Shown here: one piece after another, positions 8,642 through 15,626 of the stretch
Position numbering within the stretch: position 1 is the first letter of the stretch
Layout of the letters: each line of letters begins with the position of its first letter
IMG/VR virus record: IMGVR_UViG_3300023176_002901
DNA: 20,000 nt
Direction: 5' to 3' (one strand)
DNA from: an uncultured virus (IMG/VR IMGVR_UViG_3300023176_002901)
Lineage: Duplodnaviria > Heunggongvirae > Uroviricota > Caudoviricetes > Crassvirales
Notes under the pieces: generated by a model
The model's database searches: none
Told to the model about the DNA's origin: nothing
The model's input: only the letters and a program-made list of their open reading frames with translations
Made by a program: the position numbers and the translations under genes

Positions 8642-9655
8642 TTAAGCGTATGCTGGGAACCTATACGTCGTTCCCTCAATATTTATATCAATCCAAGCAT
8701 CGGGTTCGCCAAGAATATTTGCCGGGTCTCCATTGGTAAATACTCCAGCAACAGTAGTTGGAGCCACTTGAGCGGGCGCGCCCCCCACAGAGCCAACCTG
8801 ACCCTCAACAATATAATCCGGGGTCCAGTTCTCCCATACGGAAAGTGTGCTGTTATAGCGTAGAAGCTGACCGTTTGTAGCCGTGGCAATACGAACATTG
8901 TGAAGCTCCTCAAGCTCGTAGCCATTATCAATCTTCACATAGATTGAACCAACGGATGCGTTTGCGTTTACGACAAACCCAACAATGACCGTATGCTGTG
9001 GAGCGGTTGGTTTTACATTAGTTATGCCACCCATAACAGTGGGGGACAAATAAAGAACATCTCCATCTGCCCACGTCTCTCCCTGAAGAGCCCCCGTAGT
9101 GTTTATATCGCGCACCAATCCGGAGCTGGTAACATACCCCTCTGCATTGTTAGCTATATTCTCGGTGACAATGCCAAGTGTGTTGGCGCTGTTTGCATCT
9201 GAGTCTGCCATTGCGCGAGATACGGAGAGGCGGTTTCCCTGAGCGCCAAGAATTTTTACTACCTGATATGCGGCCTGAGTAAAGTTGACTCCCGACTTAT
9301 TGACTACGCGAGTAACCTGCTCCTGGCCAACCTGGAGAGTGACGTTACCGCCCATAAGGCGCAGGTCAACAGTTCCGTCAGTAGAGTTCCAAGCCATCTG
9401 GCCTACGTCCGAGACGGGAGTTGTACCCATAAAAGTAAGCCTGTCAAGTTCCATATCGCCATCAAGCACAACATCTTGAGTGGCAGAGTTGCCAGCATCA
9501 AGAACCTGCTGAAGGGTATTAGGAACTTCTACATAAAGGTCAGCGATGCTTTGCGCTGTGAAATTTTTTGTAGCATTGGAATCGCTTCCGTCTGTTCCAA
9601 CAACAATATCTGAACCTTGTGGGCTTACCGTAGGATATGAATCAATCTTGGCCAT
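8642..9655 (-). CDS. Virion structural/fibre-like protein
   Basis: 337 aa rich in G/T/N/V; motifs common in phage fibres and decoration proteins (TLQQVLDAGN; GDVLYLSPT; LEELHNVRI...NGQLLRYNS...WEN). Confidence 0.6.
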   Translation of the reverse strand: MAKIDSYPTVSPQGSDIVVGTDGSDSNATKNFTAQSIADLYVEVPNTLQQVLDAGNSATQDVVLDGDMELDRLTFMGTTPVSDVGQMAWNSTDGTVDLRLMGGNVTLQVGQEQVTRVVNKSGVNFTQAAYQVVKILGAQGNRLSVSRAMADSDANSANTLGIVTENIANNAEGYVTSSGLVRDINTTGALQGETWADGDVLYLSPTVMGGITNVKPTAPQHTVIVGFVVNANASVGSIYVKIDNGYELEELHNVRIATATNGQLLRYNSTLSVWENWTPDYIVEGQVGSVGGAPAQVAPTTVAGVFTNGDPANILGEPDAWIDINIEGTTYRFPAYA

Positions 9656-9677
9656 TTGAGAATCTTTACTTGAATAA

Positions 9678-9685
9678 CAAAGATA
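9678..9685 (-). promoter_or_regulatory. Bacteroidota-type -7 promoter element
   Basis: TATCTTTG in the 35-nt intergenic gap, 22 nt before ATG 9655. Confidence 0.75.
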
Positions 9686-9690
9686 CTAAA

Positions 9691-10107
9691 TTAGTTTATG
9701 ATGAATACCCGTGCTAAGTAGCGCACAAGCAGCACCAGTGCGCCACCAATAACAAGAAGCGCAAGCGCATCAAAGACTCTTTCTTTTATGCTCGTTGGCT
9801 TTTTAAGCTCGGTAGTAGTAATTGATTTCGTAACAACAATAGTGTCACTTGGGCAGTCAGCCTCTATATTGACAAAGTTGTCGCGGTATTCAATCTTTAA
9901 TTTGACGCGGTCCTGATATATAACCGTATCCTTGAACAATTCTAGTGTGTCACGAATAGTTCTCTCTTTTGTGACAATGACCGTGTCCTTCTTTACAACA
10001 ACCGTCTGCTGTATGCTTGGGTCCTTGCGTATCGCCTGCTTTAGATGCCATTGTGCTGAGCACCCATAGAGCATAAGGGTGAGGGTTGCTATAGTAAGCC
10101 ATCTCAT
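9691..10107 (-). CDS. Unimolecular spanin-like lipoprotein
   Basis: N-terminal signal with lipobox LYG-C16, beta-rich middle, C-terminal TM helix (ALALLVIGGALVLLV); ATGA-coupled to endolysin. Same topology as T1 gp11. Confidence 0.72.
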   Translation of the reverse strand: MRWLTIATLTLMLYGCSAQWHLKQAIRKDPSIQQTVVVKKDTVIVTKERTIRDTLELFKDTVIYQDRVKLKIEYRDNFVNIEADCPSDTIVVTKSITTTELKKPTSIKERVFDALALLVIGGALVLLVRYLARVFIIN

Positions 10108-10553
10108 TTATAGGGGACGTATTTAGTTTTGCCGTCTTTCTTTATAGCCTTAAGAACCTGACCGCGATTATGGCCATAGTGATAGGATACGTGCACCCAG
10201 TCGGGTTGTTTCTCGTTTCCAAATTCCCAGATGAGCTGGTCGAACTGAAGATTGTTCTTGATGTATTCAAATACTTCTTTATTGTCGTCGATGTCAATGT
10301 CCGCAGCAGCCCCATTGATTGCGCAGTGCTGAGAGGTGGTACTCCCGCCAATAGCCTTGTTGAGTTCCGGAACGCGCAGCCCGCTAGATATTCTAATAGG
10401 CCCAATGGCATCACGAAGCGGCTGGAGAACCTTGTGGCACAGCTCTACAAGATTCTCAAGCTGCTCTGGGTTTGGCGTATTGTCTATGCCTAATCTTTTT
10501 GCGGTAGAACTTTTAGTTAGCTCTGCAAGTGTGAAGTTCTCAGATAGTTTCAT
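10104..10553 (-). CDS. Endolysin, peptidase M15 family zinc peptidase
   Basis: MKLSENFTLAEL start, ISSGLR...LNKAIGG...SQH, AAAD and WVHVSY give the H/D/H zinc ligands typical of M15A-type phage lysins. Confidence 0.88.
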   Translation of the reverse strand: MKLSENFTLAELTKSSTAKRLGIDNTPNPEQLENLVELCHKVLQPLRDAIGPIRISSGLRVPELNKAIGGSTTSQHCAINGAAADIDIDDNKEVFEYIKNNLQFDQLIWEFGNEKQPDWVHVSYHYGHNRGQVLKAIKKDGKTKYVPYK

Positions 10554-10684
10554 CGTCCCTGACCTCTGTATTTCTTTTTATAGTTCCTGCTTGACTTGAG
10601 CGCGGACCCTTTCTTGCTATGCTTCTTAAGCTTTTTAGACTTGCTAACATAAGAACCTATGGTTTGAGCTTTAATCTTTGCCAT
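10550..10684 (-). CDS. 44-aa highly basic peptide
   Basis: Not in ORF track. MAKIKAQTIGSYVSKSKKLKKHSKKGSALKSSRNYKKKYRGQGR*; TAATG overlap upstream and ATGA overlap downstream. Confidence 0.82.
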   Translation of the reverse strand: MAKIKAQTIGSYVSKSKKLKKHSKKGSALKSSRNYKKKYRGQGR

Positions 10685-11007
10685 TAGTATCTGCTTACTA
10701 CGTCGTTAATCTCAGAGAAGTGCATATGAAGCTTCATATCAATGCCCGCCTCCCAGCGGTAGCGCTCTTGGCCATCGTTGAAATAGATGATGGTAGGAAC
10801 AGATTTGATATTGTATTTCTTTTTTACCTCTGGCTTAGCCTCAATGTCAATGCGGTATAGCTTTGCTCCGCTGACGCGCCCCAGGTCTTTGTATCCATTG
10901 CTCTTATTAAAACCAGCGTTAAATTCTATCACGCTCTTTCCCTCGGGCTGCTTGTGGCTTACTGCAACGGAAAACAATAAGAAAGATGCAAGCAAAAATG
11001 GTTTCAT
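10684..11007 (-). CDS. Exported thioredoxin-fold protein lacking CxxC
   Basis: Signal-peptide-like N-terminus; VIEFNAGFNKSN at the position of VVDFWAxWCxxC; RIDIE...KKYNIKSVPTIIYFNDGQE matches the thioredoxin cis-Pro region; no Cys. Confidence 0.72.
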   Translation of the reverse strand: MKPFLLASFLLFSVAVSHKQPEGKSVIEFNAGFNKSNGYKDLGRVSGAKLYRIDIEAKPEVKKKYNIKSVPTIIYFNDGQERYRWEAGIDMKLHMHFSEINDVVSRY

Positions 11008-11294
11008 TTTATCTCGTATAGACGGGTTTCAATCTTATCAAGTTGCGTCTTAATGTCCTCAATATTCTTGGCGTTGGTCATAATGGTTTCACGCACCAGA
11101 TTGTCTTTGAGGTCAAACTCTATGCGGGATACGGCTGGCTCAGGCAATTGCTTGGCGATGTCAATTTCTGCTTTTACATCGTAGTACATACCAACAGCTA
11201 CTGAAAGACCAATAGCCAACGCAATCAGTGTCTTGATGCTTACTCCTAGAACGGTGTCCTCCCCAATCTCCTTGAGGTTTTTGTTGTCGCTCAT
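11004..11294 (-). CDS. Single-TM protein with C-terminal coiled coil (possible lysis regulator)
   Basis: TM segment TLIALAIGLSVAVGMYY followed by heptad-like tail (NIEDIKTQLDKIETRL); ATGA-coupled on both sides. Confidence 0.6.
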   Translation of the reverse strand: MSDNKNLKEIGEDTVLGVSIKTLIALAIGLSVAVGMYYDVKAEIDIAKQLPEPAVSRIEFDLKDNLVRETIMTNAKNIEDIKTQLDKIETRLYEIK

Positions 11295-11545
11295 TTCTTT
11301 GCAAATTTCTCAAGCCCAGCAATACCGAAGCTTCCAAGTGTAACGATAACAAAAGAGTTGTAGGTGAACTCATTGATTACCAAATCTTTACCCACAAAGC
11401 CACTTACTACATCGGCAATCATTACGAGTACCATAACGGCAAACGACAAAAAGCCAATGATGGTCTTCTCATTGTAATCGTTCGTATCCTTGAAGATATC
11501 GGCAAATGCCATAAACTTATTCTTTATAGTTTTTATAATTACCAT
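11291..11545 (-). CDS. Holin-like membrane protein (starts at ATG 11545 and/or 11512)
   Basis: Two hydrophobic segments (TIIGFLSFAVMVLVMIA; FVIVTLGSFGIAGL), basic C-terminus; first gene of a cassette with endolysin and spanin. Track start 11587 lies in the terminator, upstream of the promoter, so was moved. Confidence 0.55.
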   Translation of the reverse strand: MVIIKTIKNKFMAFADIFKDTNDYNEKTIIGFLSFAVMVLVMIADVVSGFVGKDLVINEFTYNSFVIVTLGSFGIAGLEKFAKK

Positions 11546-11573
11546 AATTGAATTTGAATGAGTTCTCTTGTCG

Positions 11574-11581
11574 CAAAGATA
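11574..11581 (-). promoter_or_regulatory. Bacteroidota-type -7 promoter element for lysis cassette
   Basis: TATCTTTG immediately after the terminator T-tract and 28 nt before ATG 11545. Confidence 0.72.
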
Positions 11582-11585
11582 ATTC

Positions 11586-11608
11586 AAAAAAAAACCCCCT
11601 TTCGGGGG
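11586..11608 (-). terminator. Rho-independent terminator
   Basis: Minus strand CCCCC-GAAA-GGGGG followed by T9, 6 nt after stop at 11615. Confidence 0.9.
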
Positions 11609-11614
11609 ATTCCT

Positions 11615-11848
11615 TTATTCTGCCGGGGTAAACTCCCCGGTCGATAGGTCTAGCGTTCCGTCGCCCATCTCATCAGAAATTTCTTTTCGGGTCTCTTGAA
11701 GCTTAGCCTCAAGTTCTTTGTGGATGGCAAGAAGTTCGTTCTTACGGTTTTCCATCAGAGCGATTGCTCCGATTTCAAGCTGGACAGTCTGCATGTCCTT
11801 CTGTATTTCGCGGATAGTCTCTACCAGCTTTTCATCTACTTTGGCCAT
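11615..11848 (-). CDS. Small acidic coiled-coil protein, 77 aa
   Basis: ATG with A/T-rich leader; long amphipathic helix plus short C-terminal hairpin-like GTLDLSTGEF; flanked by promoter and terminator. Confidence 0.82.
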   Translation of the reverse strand: MAKVDEKLVETIREIQKDMQTVQLEIGAIALMENRKNELLAIHKELEAKLQETRKEISDEMGDGTLDLSTGEFTPAE

Positions 11849-11872
11849 AGTAAATTGGTTTTAATTAGATAA

Positions 11873-11880
11873 CAAATATA
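11873..11880 (-). promoter_or_regulatory. Bacteroidota-type -7 promoter element
   Basis: TATATTTG in the 39-nt intergenic gap, 24 nt before ATG 11848. Confidence 0.72.
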
Positions 11881-11887
11881 CAACAGA

Positions 11888-13288
11888 CTATCGTGAATCT
11901 AAAATGTACCACTGCCCCGCAATGCCAATAACGCTTACTACGGCACGTGCGGCAGCAAGCTCAACGTAGGCGAGGCCGTTGATGTTCGTACCTGTATCGG
12001 CGGCATTCGGATAGATGCGTACAATATTGCTTGCGCTTACGTTTGCGCTCGCCAAAAAGCGGAAGATGGGATTGTAGGTTCCATAGCCATAGATGCTTGG
12101 AAGGTATACGGTTCCTGTTCCTGCGCCCCCCGTCCAGTCGTTGAAGATAATGTGCGACTGGGTGGCTACCGTGTTTGAGGAGCCGGAGGAGCTTGTAATG
12201 GTCTTTGCGTCTGGGCGGTATCCACCCTCAAGCTCAATAGCCTCTTGGAACGTAGCGTCGTTTTCAATCAGGGCATCTCCAGCAACATGCAGATTGGCCG
12301 ATGGACTGACGGTCTTAATACCAATCGCGCCCCCAAGCGCCTTGCTTATTACCGCGTAGTTATCGTATGGAACACCGCCCCCCGTAGAAAAAGCAAGGTA
12401 TGTGCCCGTGATTCCATCAATACCAATGCGCCAAAAAGACGCTGTAGACGTTGAGTCCGTCATTACTATCTGCGTCTCAAAGGCGTCGCTGGATATCTGG
12501 AGGGAGTTGTTTGTTTTAATCTCGTTGTCAAACGTCGCGGTCCCCGAAGAGTTGATACTTATGGTAGTGCCTGCCGTTCCTACGTCAGAGATAGAGCTGT
12601 TGCCAAGCGTTGTTCCTGATACCCACTTAGCAATCTGGTTTGTTGTTCCACTACCTGCCGTACTTCCCGTTGAGTTGATGGTGATGGAATCTGTCGCGTC
12701 GTCTGTAGTGATGGTGATATTGCTACCTGCAACAAGGGTCAGCGTATCGGTAGCGCTATCGGCCACAACATCGCTCTGTCCGCTAACAGCAATTGTCTTA
12801 AAGGCATCCGATGCCTTGCTGTTAAATGTGTTCCAGTCCGTAGAGGATAGGTACCCGTCCGTAGAGGCGCCCGACTGGGTGATGCTTATGGTGCCTGAAG
12901 TTGTTATGGTTCCCCCCTGAATAGGCGCCGTTGTGGCGATGCTCGTCACTGTTCCGGTGCCTCCAGTGGCGGCTATTGTAAAGGTGGGGTAGGTGCCCGT
13001 TACATTTATTCCTGTGCCAGAGTTGAGCACAACTACTTGGTCGGGTGCTGTGTTTGTAACGGTGATGCTTCCCGCCGTAGTGATGGGTCCGCCGGAGACA
13101 CTTATGCCCGTGCCGGCGGTAAGGTCAACGGAGGTCACTGTGCCTCCGCTGCTTGCCGTTAGATTAAGGTCCGCCCTTAATCTATTTAAAAGAGTCAGGT
13201 AGGTAACGCCCTTATTTAAAGACTCCCTCGGGTCGTATATTAAGAACTGGTCTCCGGGAGAGATTTGATTGATTACCCTTACTGACAT
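11888..13288 (-). CDS. Tail fibre-like protein
   Basis: 466 aa, very T/S/G-rich; repeated GTVTS...GGxITTxG units, DGYLSSTDWNTFN, AFKTIAVSGQSDVVAD...LVAGSNITIT and AIGIKTVSP motifs typical of phage fibre shafts. Confidence 0.72.
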   Translation of the reverse strand: MSVRVINQISPGDQFLIYDPRESLNKGVTYLTLLNRLRADLNLTASSGGTVTSVDLTAGTGISVSGGPITTAGSITVTNTAPDQVVVLNSGTGINVTGTYPTFTIAATGGTGTVTSIATTAPIQGGTITTSGTISITQSGASTDGYLSSTDWNTFNSKASDAFKTIAVSGQSDVVADSATDTLTLVAGSNITITTDDATDSITINSTGSTAGSGTTNQIAKWVSGTTLGNSSISDVGTAGTTISINSSGTATFDNEIKTNNSLQISSDAFETQIVMTDSTSTASFWRIGIDGITGTYLAFSTGGGVPYDNYAVISKALGGAIGIKTVSPSANLHVAGDALIENDATFQEAIELEGGYRPDAKTITSSSGSSNTVATQSHIIFNDWTGGAGTGTVYLPSIYGYGTYNPIFRFLASANVSASNIVRIYPNAADTGTNINGLAYVELAAARAVVSVIGIAGQWYILDSR

Positions 13289-13297
13289 GCTTTGCCA

Positions 13298-13636
13298 TTA
13301 ATCAGCGAGCGTGATGGTAACGCTGGTGGGGTTAACCTGTGCCTCAATCTGGGCATCCAGAGAAGCCTTCTTTTCAGCAACAACCTCTTCGCCCATAGCG
13401 CTCTCTACCCATCCCGTAACAATCTCATTGGTGAGCTGGTCAACGGGGATAAAGGTATCGGGGGAGATGTCCTCCAAGCTGATGGCGATGGTGCCATACA
13501 AAGAGGTAGAGTAGGTGACGTCGGCTTCGGTGCGCTCTCCAGCGAGAATCCAATGGACATTGTATACAACGTCTGTTAGCTCATCGTAGGAAGGATAGGC
13601 ATCAACGGTTTTGCAGTTCCAAGTGTAGGTAGTCAT
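13298..13636 (-). CDS. Small fibre-associated protein, 112 aa
   Basis: YTW...DVVYNVHW...FIPVDQLT...VTGWV pattern that I associate with small genes next to fibre genes in aquatic phages; function not established. Confidence 0.7.
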   Translation of the reverse strand: MTTYTWNCKTVDAYPSYDELTDVVYNVHWILAGERTEADVTYSTSLYGTIAISLEDISPDTFIPVDQLTNEIVTGWVESAMGEEVVAEKKASLDAQIEAQVNPTSVTITLAD

Positions 13637-13642
13637 TATCTA

Positions 13643-13885
13643 TTAGGGTTGAGGTTCAACAACGGGTGCAGGGGCAGTGTCCCAAGCATCTTGCGCCAAG
13701 TTGCGGTAGTAAGTACCAACGCCCAATACCTCATCGGCAGAGGGGTCATTCACTTGCAATACCGTGCGCCAATAAGATGAGGCGATTACTGCGCCATCCT
13801 TTACCACATCGGTGGTCTTGCGTACTTCAATCGTGCCATCGGGCTTGATGTTGAAAGCACTTACATAGATGTTTTCTTCAATCAT
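13643..13885 (-). CDS. Small fibre partner/chaperone-like protein, 80 aa
   Basis: IEVRKTTDVVKDGAVIASSYWRTVL resembles small proteins usually encoded right after fibres carrying the LDDYEEGTWTP motif; same arrangement here. Confidence 0.65.
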   Translation of the reverse strand: MIEENIYVSAFNIKPDGTIEVRKTTDVVKDGAVIASSYWRTVLQVNDPSADEVLGVGTYYRNLAQDAWDTAPAPVVEPQP

Positions 13886-13904
13886 TGTTTTGTTGTTTTA
13901 TTTT

Positions 13905-15206
13905 TTATACGAAGTAGGTTACTGTTGCTCGGCAAGTCATTGTTCCCGCGCTTAAATAGGTATTTACAGCAAGACCCGAATGCGTTCCCGTTGACCCGTT
14001 ATCTGCAATAAAGTCCGAACCTGAATTAGACGCAGCCTTTTGGATTAGTGGATTACTTAAATCAATAGCAAGATTGTCAAAAAGCAATGCTGCTTCGGGG
14101 TACATATTGGCTTCGGCAGTAAAAGGAAATGCGGTTAACTGCAGCGTACCTCCCGATAGTGTACCCTTTGTGAAAACCAAATGAAAAGTGGCAGTTACTT
14201 GTCTTCCTATTTTTGTATATGTTCCTAATTGAGTTGTGTAGGATGCTTGACCACCGCCACCTGCTGCAATAAGCACAGGCGTCCAAGTCCCCTCCTCGTA
14301 GTCATCCAATGCGTTGGCTGCTGCGGTGTCCCCGTTGAAGGTTAGGCCGTTTGCCGTTGCTCGTACAATTTCATTATTGTTGACACATAAAGCCGTGTAG
14401 GAACCATTAAGGCGAAGCGGTTGGTATGAAACGGTAAGAGTAGAATTTACTCCGTGAATAGTTGATGCGCCTGAACTAAACGTACCGCCATTATCAAAGC
14501 GTATTCCGTATGTCGCTCCTGCAATTCCTGCGGTAGTACCTTCAACACCTGATTCAACATCCAATTTAATGGAAGGCGAAGTCGTGCCAATGCCTACATT
14601 GCCCGTACCACCTGCAACAACAAAAGCGGGTGTGCTAAATGTGCTTCCACCTGCCGTAGTAGATGGCGTAATTTCAAAACCATTGTTTACATTGTATTGA
14701 CGGCCTATTAAGAAGTTGTAGTTGCTTCCTATGGTTTTTAGAAATAATTTACTTCCCGCGCCCGTAGATGATTCATATAAGGTTAATGAAGTAGAAACTT
14801 CTGCTGTACCCGATACGGATAAAGTGCTTTGAGGATTACTCGTACCAATTCCCACATTACCCGTAGAGGTGATGCGCATACGCTCCGATAAAGAGCCACC
14901 ATTTGCCGTGCGAAACCAAAGGTCTGCGGCATTAGTTGCTTCACCACTATTTTGGATAGACAAGCCAAGAGATGCGCCTCCTTTGATTGCACCATTTGTA
15001 TTTTGTGATAGAACAATAACAGTTCCTGAAGAAGATGAAATGCCAGAATTTACATCAAGAGGAGCAAAAGGCAAACTCGTACCAATGCCAACATTGCCTC
15101 CTGAGCCATCCACCTTAAAGATAAGGGTCTCCTTGCCGTCATAGACATTAAAGTCCTTGAAGGTCTCCGTTGCCTCGTTATATGTCTTATGATTTATCGT
15201 AGCCAT
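13905..15206 (-). CDS. Tail fibre/receptor-binding protein
   Basis: 433 aa; three GNVGIGT repeats, ERMRITS, then NALDDYEEGTWTP and GTYTKIGRQV leading into a C-terminal beta-sandwich tip domain. Confidence 0.8.
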   Translation of the reverse strand: MATINHKTYNEATETFKDFNVYDGKETLIFKVDGSGGNVGIGTSLPFAPLDVNSGISSSSGTVIVLSQNTNGAIKGGASLGLSIQNSGEATNAADLWFRTANGGSLSERMRITSTGNVGIGTSNPQSTLSVSGTAEVSTSLTLYESSTGAGSKLFLKTIGSNYNFLIGRQYNVNNGFEITPSTTAGGSTFSTPAFVVAGGTGNVGIGTTSPSIKLDVESGVEGTTAGIAGATYGIRFDNGGTFSSGASTIHGVNSTLTVSYQPLRLNGSYTALCVNNNEIVRATANGLTFNGDTAAANALDDYEEGTWTPVLIAAGGGGQASYTTQLGTYTKIGRQVTATFHLVFTKGTLSGGTLQLTAFPFTAEANMYPEAALLFDNLAIDLSNPLIQKAASNSGSDFIADNGSTGTHSGLAVNTYLSAGTMTCRATVTYFV

Positions 15207-15210
15207 AATG

Positions 15211-15218
15211 CAAAGATA
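15211..15218 (-). promoter_or_regulatory. Bacteroidota-type -7 promoter element (probably leaderless transcript)
   Basis: TATCTTTG in a 17-nt gap, only 4 nt (CATT) before ATG 15206. Confidence 0.68.
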
Positions 15219-15223
15219 CTATT

Positions 15224-15625
15224 TTAAGGTTGGTCAATTGGAGCAGGAGGCTGGCAGTAGGCCGCGTCTGGGTTGGCCACGCAGTACGCCTCAGCATACT
15301 CCTTGTCAAGGCTGTAGCCCATTGATGACACGCCAACTGGCACAGGCCAAACGATAGCCGATTCCCACGTTGCTAATGGCTCATCGTGCCAAACAACATC
15401 CACACTAATCAAAGGAGATGTTACCTCACAAACAGGGTTCCCTTCAGCGTCTGTTCCCCATTGCTCACAAAGGTTGCCAATGTAGTAGACTACATCCACA
15501 AGGGCTTGGTTCCAGCTCTTGACTTCATTGCCGTCAGGGTCTGTGGTGGTGATTTCAATCTCAGCCTTAGCGGCCTCCCAAGCTGTTGGGTTCTTGAATC
15601 CGTATTTTCTAAAATGTTGTGCCAT
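15224..15625 (-). CDS. Acidic hypothetical protein, likely partner of the upstream spike proteins
   Basis: 133 aa, starts 1 nt after the spike paralogue stop; four Cys in two local pairs. Confidence 0.75.
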   Translation of the reverse strand: MAQHFRKYGFKNPTAWEAAKAEIEITTTDPDGNEVKSWNQALVDVVYYIGNLCEQWGTDAEGNPVCEVTSPLISVDVVWHDEPLATWESAIVWPVPVGVSSMGYSLDKEYAEAYCVANPDAAYCQPPAPIDQP

Positions 15626-15626
15626 A

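Noticed and set aside
11546..11587. ORF-track N-terminal extension of the holin-like gene (also 7736-7750 for terS)
   Set aside because: The TTG starts fall in a terminator/promoter or inside the upstream gene; downstream ATGs fit the leader and coupling pattern better.
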